From assembly GCA_038134595.1 (NCBI GenBank), contig JAYPVM010000006.1, positions 67,440 through 131,439 on the forward strand: 64,000 nucleotides of DNA. The letters are read 5' to 3'. Below the pieces are notes generated by a model. That model saw only the letters and a list, made by a program, of their open reading frames with translations. It searched no databases and was not told where the DNA came from. A program made the translations under genes and the position numbers. Every line of letters starts with the position of its first letter. The first letter of the stretch is position 1. The stretch comes from Pseudomonadota bacterium. Lineage in GTDB: Bacteria > Bdellovibrionota_C > UBA2361 > OMII01. Shown piece after piece: positions 31,801 to 40,957 of this stretch.

Positions 31801-32155
31801 TTTAATTCATTTAGCGCGACCAAAAGTCACCCGCAGACACTAGCATCAAAACGATGTTTTGATGCCTACATAATACCTTATGCGCCAATTTTTTTCGAGC
31901 GAACGAACCCATAAAGAGATCTTGCTAGCCTTATAATCACATCATACTCGGCTCTAATCCTGTTACAGCAGAAAAATTCACAAACCAAGCTAGGTTATTA
32001 ACAATCATTTACTACCTTAGTTTCATATAAAACAACATTACAACTTCATTTCAACCCCCTTTATCCACAATAATTCCATCCTTCGAGGCTCAAATCTGCA
32101 TCTTATTCTATGACAGACAAGAGAGCTGTGCATTTTCAGGCAGATTTATCTCGTT

Positions 32156-32797
32156 ATGTGTGGTGCCGTGGTGAACCGAGTGGAACGTAAAAAGGATTTT
32201 CTCACCCCCCCTAGAATTACTAGGCTTATATTTGCTGCCTCCCTTTTGGGGACACTCGTTAGTACTGGCTGTGTTCCAATGACCAGTCCAAATCACTCTA
32301 AACAGCTACTATCAAGTGGCGTGATAGCAATTTCAAGACCTATCCCTGTGGCATCAACGAATTCGTTCCTCGCAACCATAGCAACGAGCTCCCAATCTTC
32401 CATATCCGAAAATCGTGCTGAAACAGTAGTTATCTCACGCACTGATGCAACAATCACTGCTTTTAATACATTAGGAACTCCACTCATTTTTAGAGCTGAG
32501 GGAGCCGAAGGCTTATCCCCCGGTTCATTCACAATTACCGTTAAGGAAGAACAACCTCTTTGGTACGCACCCAACGTTTACTTTCAAAGGCGCTCACTCA
32601 AAATTCCTCAGGAAGGAAGTCGAGACAGATTTCGACGGGCGGCTTTAGGCAAGCGTGCAGTTTTTTTAAATAACAGAATCCCTATTCATTCAGGCCCTGT
32701 ATGGCTAGAGGAGATTGGCGGTCTTAAGGTGCGGTCTTCTGATATGTCTGCCCTCTATGCGATGCTTGATGTAGGTACAAGAGTTGAAATTCGGTAG
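32156..32797 (+). CDS. Lipoprotein with a degenerate L,D-transpeptidase (YkuD)-like C-terminal domain
   Basis: Lipobox (LVSTGC). The C-terminus reads IHSGPVW...SSDMSALY...VGTRVEI, which resembles the YkuD H/G...SHGC[IV]R...GT.V.I motif but with no Cys at the catalytic position. Confidence 0.4.
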   Translation: MCGAVVNRVERKKDFLTPPRITRLIFAASLLGTLVSTGCVPMTSPNHSKQLLSSGVIAISRPIPVASTNSFLATIATSSQSSISENRAETVVISRTDATITAFNTLGTPLIFRAEGAEGLSPGSFTITVKEEQPLWYAPNVYFQRRSLKIPQEGSRDRFRRAALGKRAVFLNNRIPIHSGPVWLEEIGGLKVRSSDMSALYAMLDVGTRVEIR

Positions 32798-33040
32798 GCA
32801 TCATCACCGGAAGCCTCTCTGCCCCAGGTCATCTCAGCCCCCCCTTTTTTTCAGATTAGACTAATTCCCACACCCTTCCTAACCTGCAAAGTCTCATCAC
32901 CATCAGCCTAAACATTACAGCCAGGATTTGCCTAAAGCGTTCAAGAAAAGGTATACTCCCCGCCAACCTACATAAGGCTAATAACACGGGTAGAAGTGGC
33001 TTAAGCTTATACAAGCAAGTGGTGGATGGGGAGATATGGT

Positions 33041-33739
33041 ATGACAGAACAGAAATATCAAGAAGTAAGTGGTGGCCTTGTCAAGAAAACCAAGAGACGG
33101 ATTGTAGGCGTATTTATCGACGGAATCGGATTAGATAGGGCCACAAGGCGGTTAAATCGCAGAATTGATTTGGCGGCTTTAGTAAAAGGAGTCACCTCCG
33201 GATTACAACCAATTACAGCTCGATATTATACCGTGGTTCCTCACGAGGACGATTCACGACACAGGGCTTTCTTGGACGCTGTAGCCCGGGCTGGCCTAAA
33301 CGTAATCGTCAAAAGACTTCCCCCCAAAGGCATCACTCGCCAAGTCACCACCGATATCGAAATGTCCACCGATATCGTTGCTTATGCCTTAGGTCTGTCT
33401 TCATTTAACAAAGCCTTTGAGTATCTTCCAGCAGAAATCCAAGCTGTCAAATCGATGTCGATGACAAGTGGCAAGACAACCATCTCGCAAGATGATGTAT
33501 CGGATCAAAAACGACAATCGGGCCCCTTATTGCAAACCGATCCCCAAGACCGAAACGTAACCCGCTCCCTCATCGTAGTGTGTCCAACTCGTGAGCTATC
33601 GTATGCGATGAGTCTTGCAAAGGATCTCGGAGCCGATACAACAACTGCAGATTTTGGCACGTTTAATCGCGGAGATGTTCTTAAATCAGCGACAAAGTGG
33701 ATTGACCTTTCCGATTCAGAGACCATATGGAAAGATTAA
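33041..33739 (+). CDS. NYN-domain (LabA-like PIN-fold) putative RNA nuclease
   Basis: The core reads VFIDGIGLDRATRRL...IDLAALVKG...RYYTVV...FLDAVARAGLNVIVK...DIEMSTDIVAYAL, which matches NYN/LabA conserved acidic positions. GGGGAG SD sits before the ATG at 33041. An alternative ATG is at 33026. Confidence 0.7.
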   Translation: MTEQKYQEVSGGLVKKTKRRIVGVFIDGIGLDRATRRLNRRIDLAALVKGVTSGLQPITARYYTVVPHEDDSRHRAFLDAVARAGLNVIVKRLPPKGITRQVTTDIEMSTDIVAYALGLSSFNKAFEYLPAEIQAVKSMSMTSGKTTISQDDVSDQKRQSGPLLQTDPQDRNVTRSLIVVCPTRELSYAMSLAKDLGADTTTADFGTFNRGDVLKSATKWIDLSDSETIWKD

Positions 33740-33931
33740 ACTCTGGTAGCGACTAGACGCATAGGTTCTACGCGTCCACGCCGACAGTAACAACCGAAAA
33801 TCACAATGCTTTCAGTTATTTACCAAAACTCCCAGTAAACAACAAGGGCATGAAAGTTACGCCTTGACAATAACTTGCTCTTTGTATAGTTGCATCCTAA
33901 ACTGCGTCTTACGATTAATGTAGGATTGTCA

Positions 33932-35962
33932 ATGGTCTTTAACAGCTCGATTTCAGGACAAAGCTCCCACCGAGATGGTGGAAGGAGCAGCGATCGGCAA
34001 CAATCAAACGAGCGATCAATAAGCGACTTGCAGCTTAGTCGCCTCGCGTTCTTTACACCCGCTTCTGTAGTCGAACGTCAGCTAAAAATAGATTTTACAA
34101 CCACACTAGACGGCGACATAGCCCTTGATCGTCCAATTAGACTTTTTGCAAAAAATGCAACGGGCGTAACCGTGGCCCAGTACACTGTAGAGAACCTCCA
34201 GTTGCTCGACGAGAGTGTCAAAAAAACGCTATCGGATAAAATCAAAAGCTGCCGTAGATTAGAACTATCGGTCGAGACTCTTGCTCAAACCCTTCTAGGC
34301 CTTACGGAACACGACAATCGAATACAATGGAGCACAGAATCGCTCTATCCTGGAGCGAGGAAGCCTCTGCGGGAACTCCGTCCGTGCACTCCCTCTCTTG
34401 CCGAGTTTTTGCAAAATCCGACATGCCTCGAAAAAGCCTTCTATTCCATTCGTAAGACTGGGCATACAGAAGAGAAGCTTACAGCAGTAATGGATACAGA
34501 TGCTCAGACAATCACCTTTACTCTTTGCTCAGAAAACCTACCACACTGGAGCCCCTCTGAGCACAAAAATCAACGCGTCGTAGTTTCTTGTTCATCACTC
34601 GACGACAGATCTTCCGATACGAATCCGCAAGACGTTCTGGCTCCAATTGTATGGCAAGCCATGGAGGCGTTTTGGAATACCGGAGCAACAGGTCTCACTA
34701 GATATCTGTTTAGAGCCTCTAAAGACAACAAGGACACAAGCCCCCCCGGAATACAAGTGCGAGTACAGGACTTTTCTTTTTACGGAAAAAGCAGTTCAGG
34801 AGCCTATGTATCATTTGAGGGGTCATCTCAAGTCGCGCAAGTTACCCTAACACAAGAACCCCTGCTATCCCCTTTAAGTAAAAAACCAGCTTCTGGAAGT
34901 GGGCAATGGATTTTTGTAAATGATTCAAAAACGTCTCGTACTACCGCTAGCTCCGCTGAGAACACAATGTTAAGAGAAATCGGCACTGCGGTGACCAAGC
35001 TCATGCACTCACGAGGCGAGAGCTCCCTAGAAGAGGTATTTGCGACACTAACACTGGCGGCTCGCTCTGAGGTGTTCTTTCGACCAGACACTTCTGCCGT
35101 GGTAGAACCAGAGGTTTCCACGTATCTCGCAAAACTTGTAAATACGCGGGTATTACACTCCTGGGAAAGACCCTCTATTCCAGAGTTAATAAATTTTCTA
35201 GAGGGAACAAAAAGCCTCCAAATAATACTTACAGAAGACCCTGCTACACCCTCTCGCTTTCCATTTAACGCTCTCACTATTGATAAGTTCGTCGACGGCC
35301 GCACGCGACTCTCTCTCGTTAATAATCTCGGAGCACACTGCGAAGCTCAATTCTGCCGCCTCTCTTCAGATGATATGCGCCTCATCCTGAAAACCTTCGA
35401 TCAACAATTGGAAGAAGGAGTCCCCTCGTTGAGCAGAAGACGTTTGCAGTTGGTCTTGGAAACTTTGAAAAGCAGAAACACAGAAAACTGGGTGTTATTC
35501 TCCGGAACTTCATCAATCCCCGCAGCCGATGATACAGACGCGCACCAACTACTCGACGCCGCACTGCCAGTGATCAATCGTTACCTAGCTATGCGAACGA
35601 TTCGAGAAAAAACGAGCTATTCAGAGAAAAGCAATACAGCAGTTGTTTATCCCCAAAATGGCGTCATAGAGGTAAGCCTAGGAGAGGATTACCATCCCTA
35701 TCAATTAAGAGTGAGATTACAGCATAACTCGCTAACGCAAATAGAGATAATTCCCGACGAGTCCTCCTCCGGCCGGTTTAAAAAGCCGCGAAGGTATGCT
35801 TCTCGAAGTGGGATTACGTTAAACACTCCCGAATCAGATAGGTTTTTCGAATCTACACTCAAACATTTCTTTTCACTTGTCAGCAACACGACCGGGAGCC
35901 TTGAATTCGGCAATTCTGAGCTTCGTAGATTTCTAGACAGGCATTTTCAGGGCCCGCAGTGA
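33932..35962 (+). CDS. Large orphan hypothetical protein (677 aa)
   Basis: Long uninterrupted ORF with AGGA SD 6 nt before the ATG at 33932. The ORF track starts at TTG 33890. I recognise no motif. It is mostly hydrophilic and lies 190 nt downstream of the NYN gene. Confidence 0.6.
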   Translation: MVFNSSISGQSSHRDGGRSSDRQQSNERSISDLQLSRLAFFTPASVVERQLKIDFTTTLDGDIALDRPIRLFAKNATGVTVAQYTVENLQLLDESVKKTLSDKIKSCRRLELSVETLAQTLLGLTEHDNRIQWSTESLYPGARKPLRELRPCTPSLAEFLQNPTCLEKAFYSIRKTGHTEEKLTAVMDTDAQTITFTLCSENLPHWSPSEHKNQRVVVSCSSLDDRSSDTNPQDVLAPIVWQAMEAFWNTGATGLTRYLFRASKDNKDTSPPGIQVRVQDFSFYGKSSSGAYVSFEGSSQVAQVTLTQEPLLSPLSKKPASGSGQWIFVNDSKTSRTTASSAENTMLREIGTAVTKLMHSRGESSLEEVFATLTLAARSEVFFRPDTSAVVEPEVSTYLAKLVNTRVLHSWERPSIPELINFLEGTKSLQIILTEDPATPSRFPFNALTIDKFVDGRTRLSLVNNLGAHCEAQFCRLSSDDMRLILKTFDQQLEEGVPSLSRRRLQLVLETLKSRNTENWVLFSGTSSIPAADDTDAHQLLDAALPVINRYLAMRTIREKTSYSEKSNTAVVYPQNGVIEVSLGEDYHPYQLRVRLQHNSLTQIEIIPDESSSGRFKKPRRYASRSGITLNTPESDRFFESTLKHFFSLVSNTTGSLEFGNSELRRFLDRHFQGPQ

Positions 35963-36263
35963 CCGACACATCAAAATAACTAGTAGAAGCTCTTGGAGCT
36001 ACAATCAGACTCAATGCTATGTAGCCTCAGGTATTTGCCCGTACTTTTGCATCTTTATCCATCTCAGAGAGAAGTCTCCGACAATTTTTTGCTTTTTGAT
36101 TGACCTTCATTCAAGGGTGCCCGATACTGACCCAGCTTCTACAGGGGAGACCGCCCAGCATGGGGCAATCACCTGAATATGGAGATATTCGCATACAAAC
36201 CAAAGAGAAATGGGCTAGCGTAGCGGTGATTACTATCGGCGAGCCTCACTAACATACCAATTC

Positions 36264-37688
36264 ATGGCTATAAAACCAAAGCGTCGAGCTGAAACCCCTC
36301 TCCCTCCTTCTGAAAAACCGCAAAATGCTGGTCGAGTACCTCCTCAATCTATCGATGCAGAAGAGTCAGTGCTCGGAAGTATCCTCCTCGACAATCAGGC
36401 CATCAACATTTGCTTAGAAAGAATCCGAGCAGAAGACTTTTATAAGAGCAACCATCAGATCGTCTTTGAAGCCATGGCGAAGCTTTCGGACAAACGAGAG
36501 CCTATCGATATCATCACGCTAGGTCAGCAACTCCGTGCGATGGGGCAGCTAGAATCTGTCGGAGGTGCGCAGACTCTATCGTATCTTGCCTCATCGGTTC
36601 CTAATTCAGCGAACGTTCCATACTACGTCCGCGTAATAAAGGAAATGTCAATCCGACGGCGGCTCATAAACGAGTCTACTGATATCATCAATTCGGCTTT
36701 TGAGATGGAAGGCGAAATTGAAGACTTTCTCGATTCAACCGAGCAACGAATCCTAGGAGTTTCTGATTTCAGAGTAAATCAATCATTCCACCGAGTCGGC
36801 GATGTTGTCCAAGATTCCATTCGAATCGTTGAACAACTTTATGATCAAAAGGAGCCCGTTACAGGAGTGCCAAGTGGCTTGGTCAAACTAGACAAATTAA
36901 CAGCGGGCTTCCAGCCTTCAGATCTTGTCATTGTGGCAGCGAGACCCTCTATGGGTAAGACAGCACTTGTATTAGGATGGAGCCAATTTGTCGGAATCTA
37001 TAATCGAAAGCCTGTTGCATTCTTCTCATTGGAAATGTCCAAAGAGCAATTAGTCTTGAGAATGCTCTGCAGTGAAAGTCGAATTAACAATTCGAGCGTT
37101 CGAACGGGTCAATTATCAGAGCGCGACTTTGCCCGTATAGTTGAAGGAGCAAGTCGGATATCAGACGCAGACATATTTATTGACGATACTCCCGCGATCA
37201 CCATAACGGAGTTGCGCGCAAAAGCACGGAGACTACACCGAGATCACTCGTTAGGCTTGATTGTTGTTGACTATTTGCAGCTCTTAAGAAGCCCCGCCTA
37301 CAGCCATTCTCGAGAACAAGAGATTTCAGATATATCTCGTTCACTGAAAGCTCTCGCTAAGGAGCTAAATGTGCCCGTTGTAGCCCTTTCTCAGCTCAAT
37401 CGTTCGGTGGAATCTCGAACTGACAAACGACCTATGATGTCAGACCTCCGGGAGTCTGGAGCTATTGAGCAAGATGCGGACGTAATTATGTTTATCTATC
37501 GAGATGAGGTCTACAATAAGGAGTCACCAGACAAAGGTGTCGCTGAAATCATCATTTCCAAGCAACGGTCGGGTCCAACCGGCGCAATTCGCGTTGCATT
37601 CTCCGGTGAGTACACTCGTTTTGACAACCTAGAGGAAAGCGATTTTCCTTTATCCGCAGATGATGAGTTCAGTGGCGACGATTTTTAG
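36264..37688 (+). CDS. dnaB: Replicative DNA helicase DnaB
   Basis: 474 aa with the DnaB N-terminal domain (IDAEESVLGSILLDNQ), Walker A (ARPSMGKTALVLG), Walker B (LIVVDYLQLL) and RecA-fold C-terminus. Confidence 0.9.
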   Translation: MAIKPKRRAETPLPPSEKPQNAGRVPPQSIDAEESVLGSILLDNQAINICLERIRAEDFYKSNHQIVFEAMAKLSDKREPIDIITLGQQLRAMGQLESVGGAQTLSYLASSVPNSANVPYYVRVIKEMSIRRRLINESTDIINSAFEMEGEIEDFLDSTEQRILGVSDFRVNQSFHRVGDVVQDSIRIVEQLYDQKEPVTGVPSGLVKLDKLTAGFQPSDLVIVAARPSMGKTALVLGWSQFVGIYNRKPVAFFSLEMSKEQLVLRMLCSESRINNSSVRTGQLSERDFARIVEGASRISDADIFIDDTPAITITELRAKARRLHRDHSLGLIVVDYLQLLRSPAYSHSREQEISDISRSLKALAKELNVPVVALSQLNRSVESRTDKRPMMSDLRESGAIEQDADVIMFIYRDEVYNKESPDKGVAEIIISKQRSGPTGAIRVAFSGEYTRFDNLEESDFPLSADDEFSGDDF

Positions 37689-37794
37689 CTGCTAGGACGC
37701 AAAGCCTCCCCCATTAACAGCAACGTATCTTAACCGTACTGTGAAGGGGCATATATAGAGTAATGACGTAGATACACAGCCATAGATCCTGCGA

Positions 37795-38748
37795 TTAAGA
37801 GTGTGTGTTTGTGTCATACGCAACTGCAAGTAAGACATCCTGCACGTCCATCGGCCAGTGAAGAAGCTGATACGACGATTGCTCAACGATGTTCCTTGCA
37901 CTATCTTCCCAACGCTTTCGTTCTTCATCTCTTTGTGTGTTTTCTCCTGAGTGTTGCAAAACAATTAACTGCAGGGCGTCCAATTCTTTAAGGTATGTCG
38001 CTCCTTTCTTGCTTAAGCGTCTAGCAAGCTTCAGAGCCTTTTCTCCACTCTCGAAATCACCCTTTGCAATTGCTGTTAAACTCAAAACAAACTGGACCAT
38101 ACCACTATCTCTTACTGAGCGTTTCGCGGCAGCCTGTTGCAACAAAAAGTTATGTACTTGCTCAATCTGATTTAATGCGAGCAGCAAAATTCCATGATAA
38201 GCCACTTGCTCAACATCTTCTGACTGATGAAGCGCCTCGTATGAATAACACAACGCCTCTTGCTCCTCTCCGCTTACGAAAGCCAGATTGGCAATAGATC
38301 GCGCCAGTAGTGTTGCTTGCTCTCGATTATCAACCTCGTCAAATCGTCGATATGCTCCCTTCAACAAAGCTCGTGCCTGCACAAAATTACCCTCTTGTCT
38401 CTCGATATCTGCGAGGACAATCATGATATCCGGTCGTGGGCCTGACGACTTTCTTACACTCTCAATAACCTGCCTTGCTTCCAACAACCGACCCTGCTGG
38501 CTTAGGACCACAGCAAGGTTAAATTGCACGGCAGAGTTTGTTGAATCCAGCCAAGCAGCTTTCCGCAGTTGCCCCTCAGCATCCAAGAGTCGTCCCCGAC
38601 CAGCCGAAGCAACTGAATCAACAAGAAGGCCTGAAAGAATCAATTCTTCCGTCACAATCGACTTTGAGACACGATAGTCTCGTGAATGTGCACAGCCAAA
38701 ACAAATCGCAGTCATTACTGCTATTGCAAAATATCTAAACCGCGTCAT
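37795..38748 (-). CDS. TPR-repeat lipoprotein
   Basis: Lipobox (AICFGCAHS) followed by multiple TPR-like repeats. It is 12 nt downstream of, and co-directional with, the HAD::UbiA gene. Confidence 0.7.
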   Translation of the reverse strand: MTRFRYFAIAVMTAICFGCAHSRDYRVSKSIVTEELILSGLLVDSVASAGRGRLLDAEGQLRKAAWLDSTNSAVQFNLAVVLSQQGRLLEARQVIESVRKSSGPRPDIMIVLADIERQEGNFVQARALLKGAYRRFDEVDNREQATLLARSIANLAFVSGEEQEALCYSYEALHQSEDVEQVAYHGILLLALNQIEQVHNFLLQQAAAKRSVRDSGMVQFVLSLTAIAKGDFESGEKALKLARRLSKKGATYLKELDALQLIVLQHSGENTQRDEERKRWEDSARNIVEQSSYQLLHWPMDVQDVLLAVAYDTNTHS

Positions 38749-38760
38749 TTCAAATCACTT

Positions 38761-40233
38761 TTATAACCCTAAGCGCGCTGCGGTAAAGATTAGAAGCCCA
38801 AGAAGCCCCACGACATAAGTACCTACGTCTCGCAACGCAAATACAAGCGGATCATCATGCACCAGGCCCCGGCGCGCTAACAACCAAACACGACTAATCC
38901 AATACAACATGAGAGGACATGCCAACCAAATCATCTTCGGACTTTGATACAACGCCACTACCTCATTGCTACTGACATACAAAACTAGAACCAACGCTGC
39001 TATGTAACCACTCGCCGAACCGAATGAAGATACTTGTTCCATATCTCCTACCCAATAGCCCCTGCCCCAGGTCCTTTTTTCATTGCGCTGCTGAAGAGTC
39101 AGAAGTTCAGAAAAACGCTTAACGCAGGCAAGACTTAAGAAAAGAAACATCGACACACCGAGGAGCCATTGTGACAATGGTATTTCTGTAGCCACTCCGC
39201 CTCCGACGATTCGAATAGTATAAAGCATTGCCAATAAGATAATATCAACCAGAACTATAGCCTTTAAACGAAAAGAGTATGCAGTTGTAATCAGCAGATA
39301 GACCAACAATAATCCAACAAAGTGAGAGTGAATCTGCCAAGCAATACCGAACGCTGATACAAATAAAAGCGGAGCTAAACAAATTGCATATACTAACGGG
39401 AATCTACCAGCCGCACATGGGCGTTTCTTCTTTCTCGGATGCTGTCTATCTGACGCAAGATCAAGCAAATCGTTTACGATGTACACTCCCGATGCGCATA
39501 ACGAGAAAGCGACCGCGGCAAGCACGCTTCGTCCCACAACCATCGGTTCTAACCAACGATGTGCTAAAAACATCGGCGCAAATATCAAAAAGTTCTTCAA
39601 CCATTGATGGACTCTGAGGACTCGAAGGATAACGCTCCACGATGAGCGTACCACCTCAATCATTCGTGCACCTGGAAAAGCCTTTGAAATAGTCTCTGCA
39701 TATCCTATTGACGAGACCACCGCTGTTACCTCACAAGCCTCTCGCCACACTGCTATATCTGCCTCTGAATCACCAACATACTCCCAATCGTTTTGCCCAA
39801 GATGCTCCTTTATAGCCTCTACTTTCTTACTCCCTTTGCAGTTACGCGACACTGAAGAGCCAATCGAATGGGTCACAAAATTAAAACGGTCGGCAACAAG
39901 AGCAACTAATCGCTCATCAGATGCAGATGCAAGAATAATCCTCCGGCCCGATGCTGCTTGCGTTTCCAAGTATGAGACGACTCCCTCATGAACTGGCATC
40001 AAATCAACTCGCAATCCCTCCGCCCTGCCAGCCAATTCAGATTTTAGTGTAGCGCGTCCTCGAAATAGCCACCAAGGCAGTAGGAACAAAATCAGTGGAT
40101 TTCTCTTTAAAGCCAGTAAAAGGCTCTCATACAAGAGATCTGTTGCCAAAATTGTTCCATCAACATCAGCGACAACAACCGCAGGTCTACCACTCATCTT
40201 TTCCTGAACCATAGTCCTCTCTGAAAACGCCAT
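38761..40233 (-). CDS. HAD-phosphatase::UbiA-family fusion; C-terminal domain resembles decaprenyl-phosphate 5-phosphoribosyltransferase (Rv3806c-like DPPR synthase)
   Basis: N-terminal HAD motif I (VVVADVDGTILATD) in a domain of about 200 aa. The C-terminal 8-TM UbiA domain has the Asp-rich motif NDLLDLASDRQHPRKKKRP, which resembles the NDxxDxxxDRxHPxKxxRP signature of DPPR synthases. Start candidates are 40233, 40212 and 40197. The ORF extends to 40398. Confidence 0.75.
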   Translation of the reverse strand: MAFSERTMVQEKMSGRPAVVVADVDGTILATDLLYESLLLALKRNPLILFLLPWWLFRGRATLKSELAGRAEGLRVDLMPVHEGVVSYLETQAASGRRIILASASDERLVALVADRFNFVTHSIGSSVSRNCKGSKKVEAIKEHLGQNDWEYVGDSEADIAVWREACEVTAVVSSIGYAETISKAFPGARMIEVVRSSWSVILRVLRVHQWLKNFLIFAPMFLAHRWLEPMVVGRSVLAAVAFSLCASGVYIVNDLLDLASDRQHPRKKKRPCAAGRFPLVYAICLAPLLFVSAFGIAWQIHSHFVGLLLVYLLITTAYSFRLKAIVLVDIILLAMLYTIRIVGGGVATEIPLSQWLLGVSMFLFLSLACVKRFSELLTLQQRNEKRTWGRGYWVGDMEQVSSFGSASGYIAALVLVLYVSSNEVVALYQSPKMIWLACPLMLYWISRVWLLARRGLVHDDPLVFALRDVGTYVVGLLGLLIFTAARLGL

Positions 40234-40957
40234 TTCACGACTTTTTTCTGGTCGTGTGTATCGCACACAAATCAACGTCATCAAACGCAAGGCTTGAGTC
40301 GCGCAGTAGCCCTTCAAATCCAATACGCCTAAACACACACCGCAATCATATCTGTGGGGCACACCTACAATACTATCGAAGTAAGAGGATGAACACACCT
40401 CTTAATACGAAGAGCGGTAGAAACATCGGTCTGGCTAGCTCACAATCCACCGTAAATATTTAGAAACCCACTTAAGCAGCACCAAAAACCAATGAGATAC
40501 TATCATGTTACAGACCATTTTCACTAGCAGTCACACTAGAGAACGACTCAAAACATCGTCGCAAGCTAAAACAGTACACCAAAAGCATCTGCACAGTCTT
40601 CCCCAAGTCACGCCAAAATGAGTCGCAAGATCGAAGAAATACAACAGCGGTTACGCTAATTTTAACATCGCTCTGGGTCATATTTTGGCTAGTAGTAAGT
40701 GCTCCGATACGTTAAAATCAGGCGACAGGTTTCAACACTGTCGACAAGGCATGCCTTTGGATAGTAGAGCTAAAACTCATTTGAGATAATCAAGAGAGAG
40801 TTCTTACTCACTGTCAACGCTGGCTCAATTTTAGGCCGTAAGTTTTTGCCTCGGATCGCGCCATTAGATGGCAGAGTCCTCAAAAACAGGCTCGGTCCTT
40901 GAGGACAGGATCGTGATATGGCAGGTACAGGCGAGACTACCCGCATATTGAATTATC

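Noticed and set aside
31801-32155. AT-rich 355-nt intergenic region considered as possible integration hotspot or att site
   Set aside because: There are no direct repeats, tRNA or integrase nearby. It is more simply explained as divergent promoter DNA for the SLT and LDT-like genes.
37692-38297. Several 60-95-aa ORFs on both strands overlapping the TPR lipoprotein gene
   Set aside because: They are nested within a longer ORF that has a lipobox and TPR repeats. I treated them as shadow ORFs.
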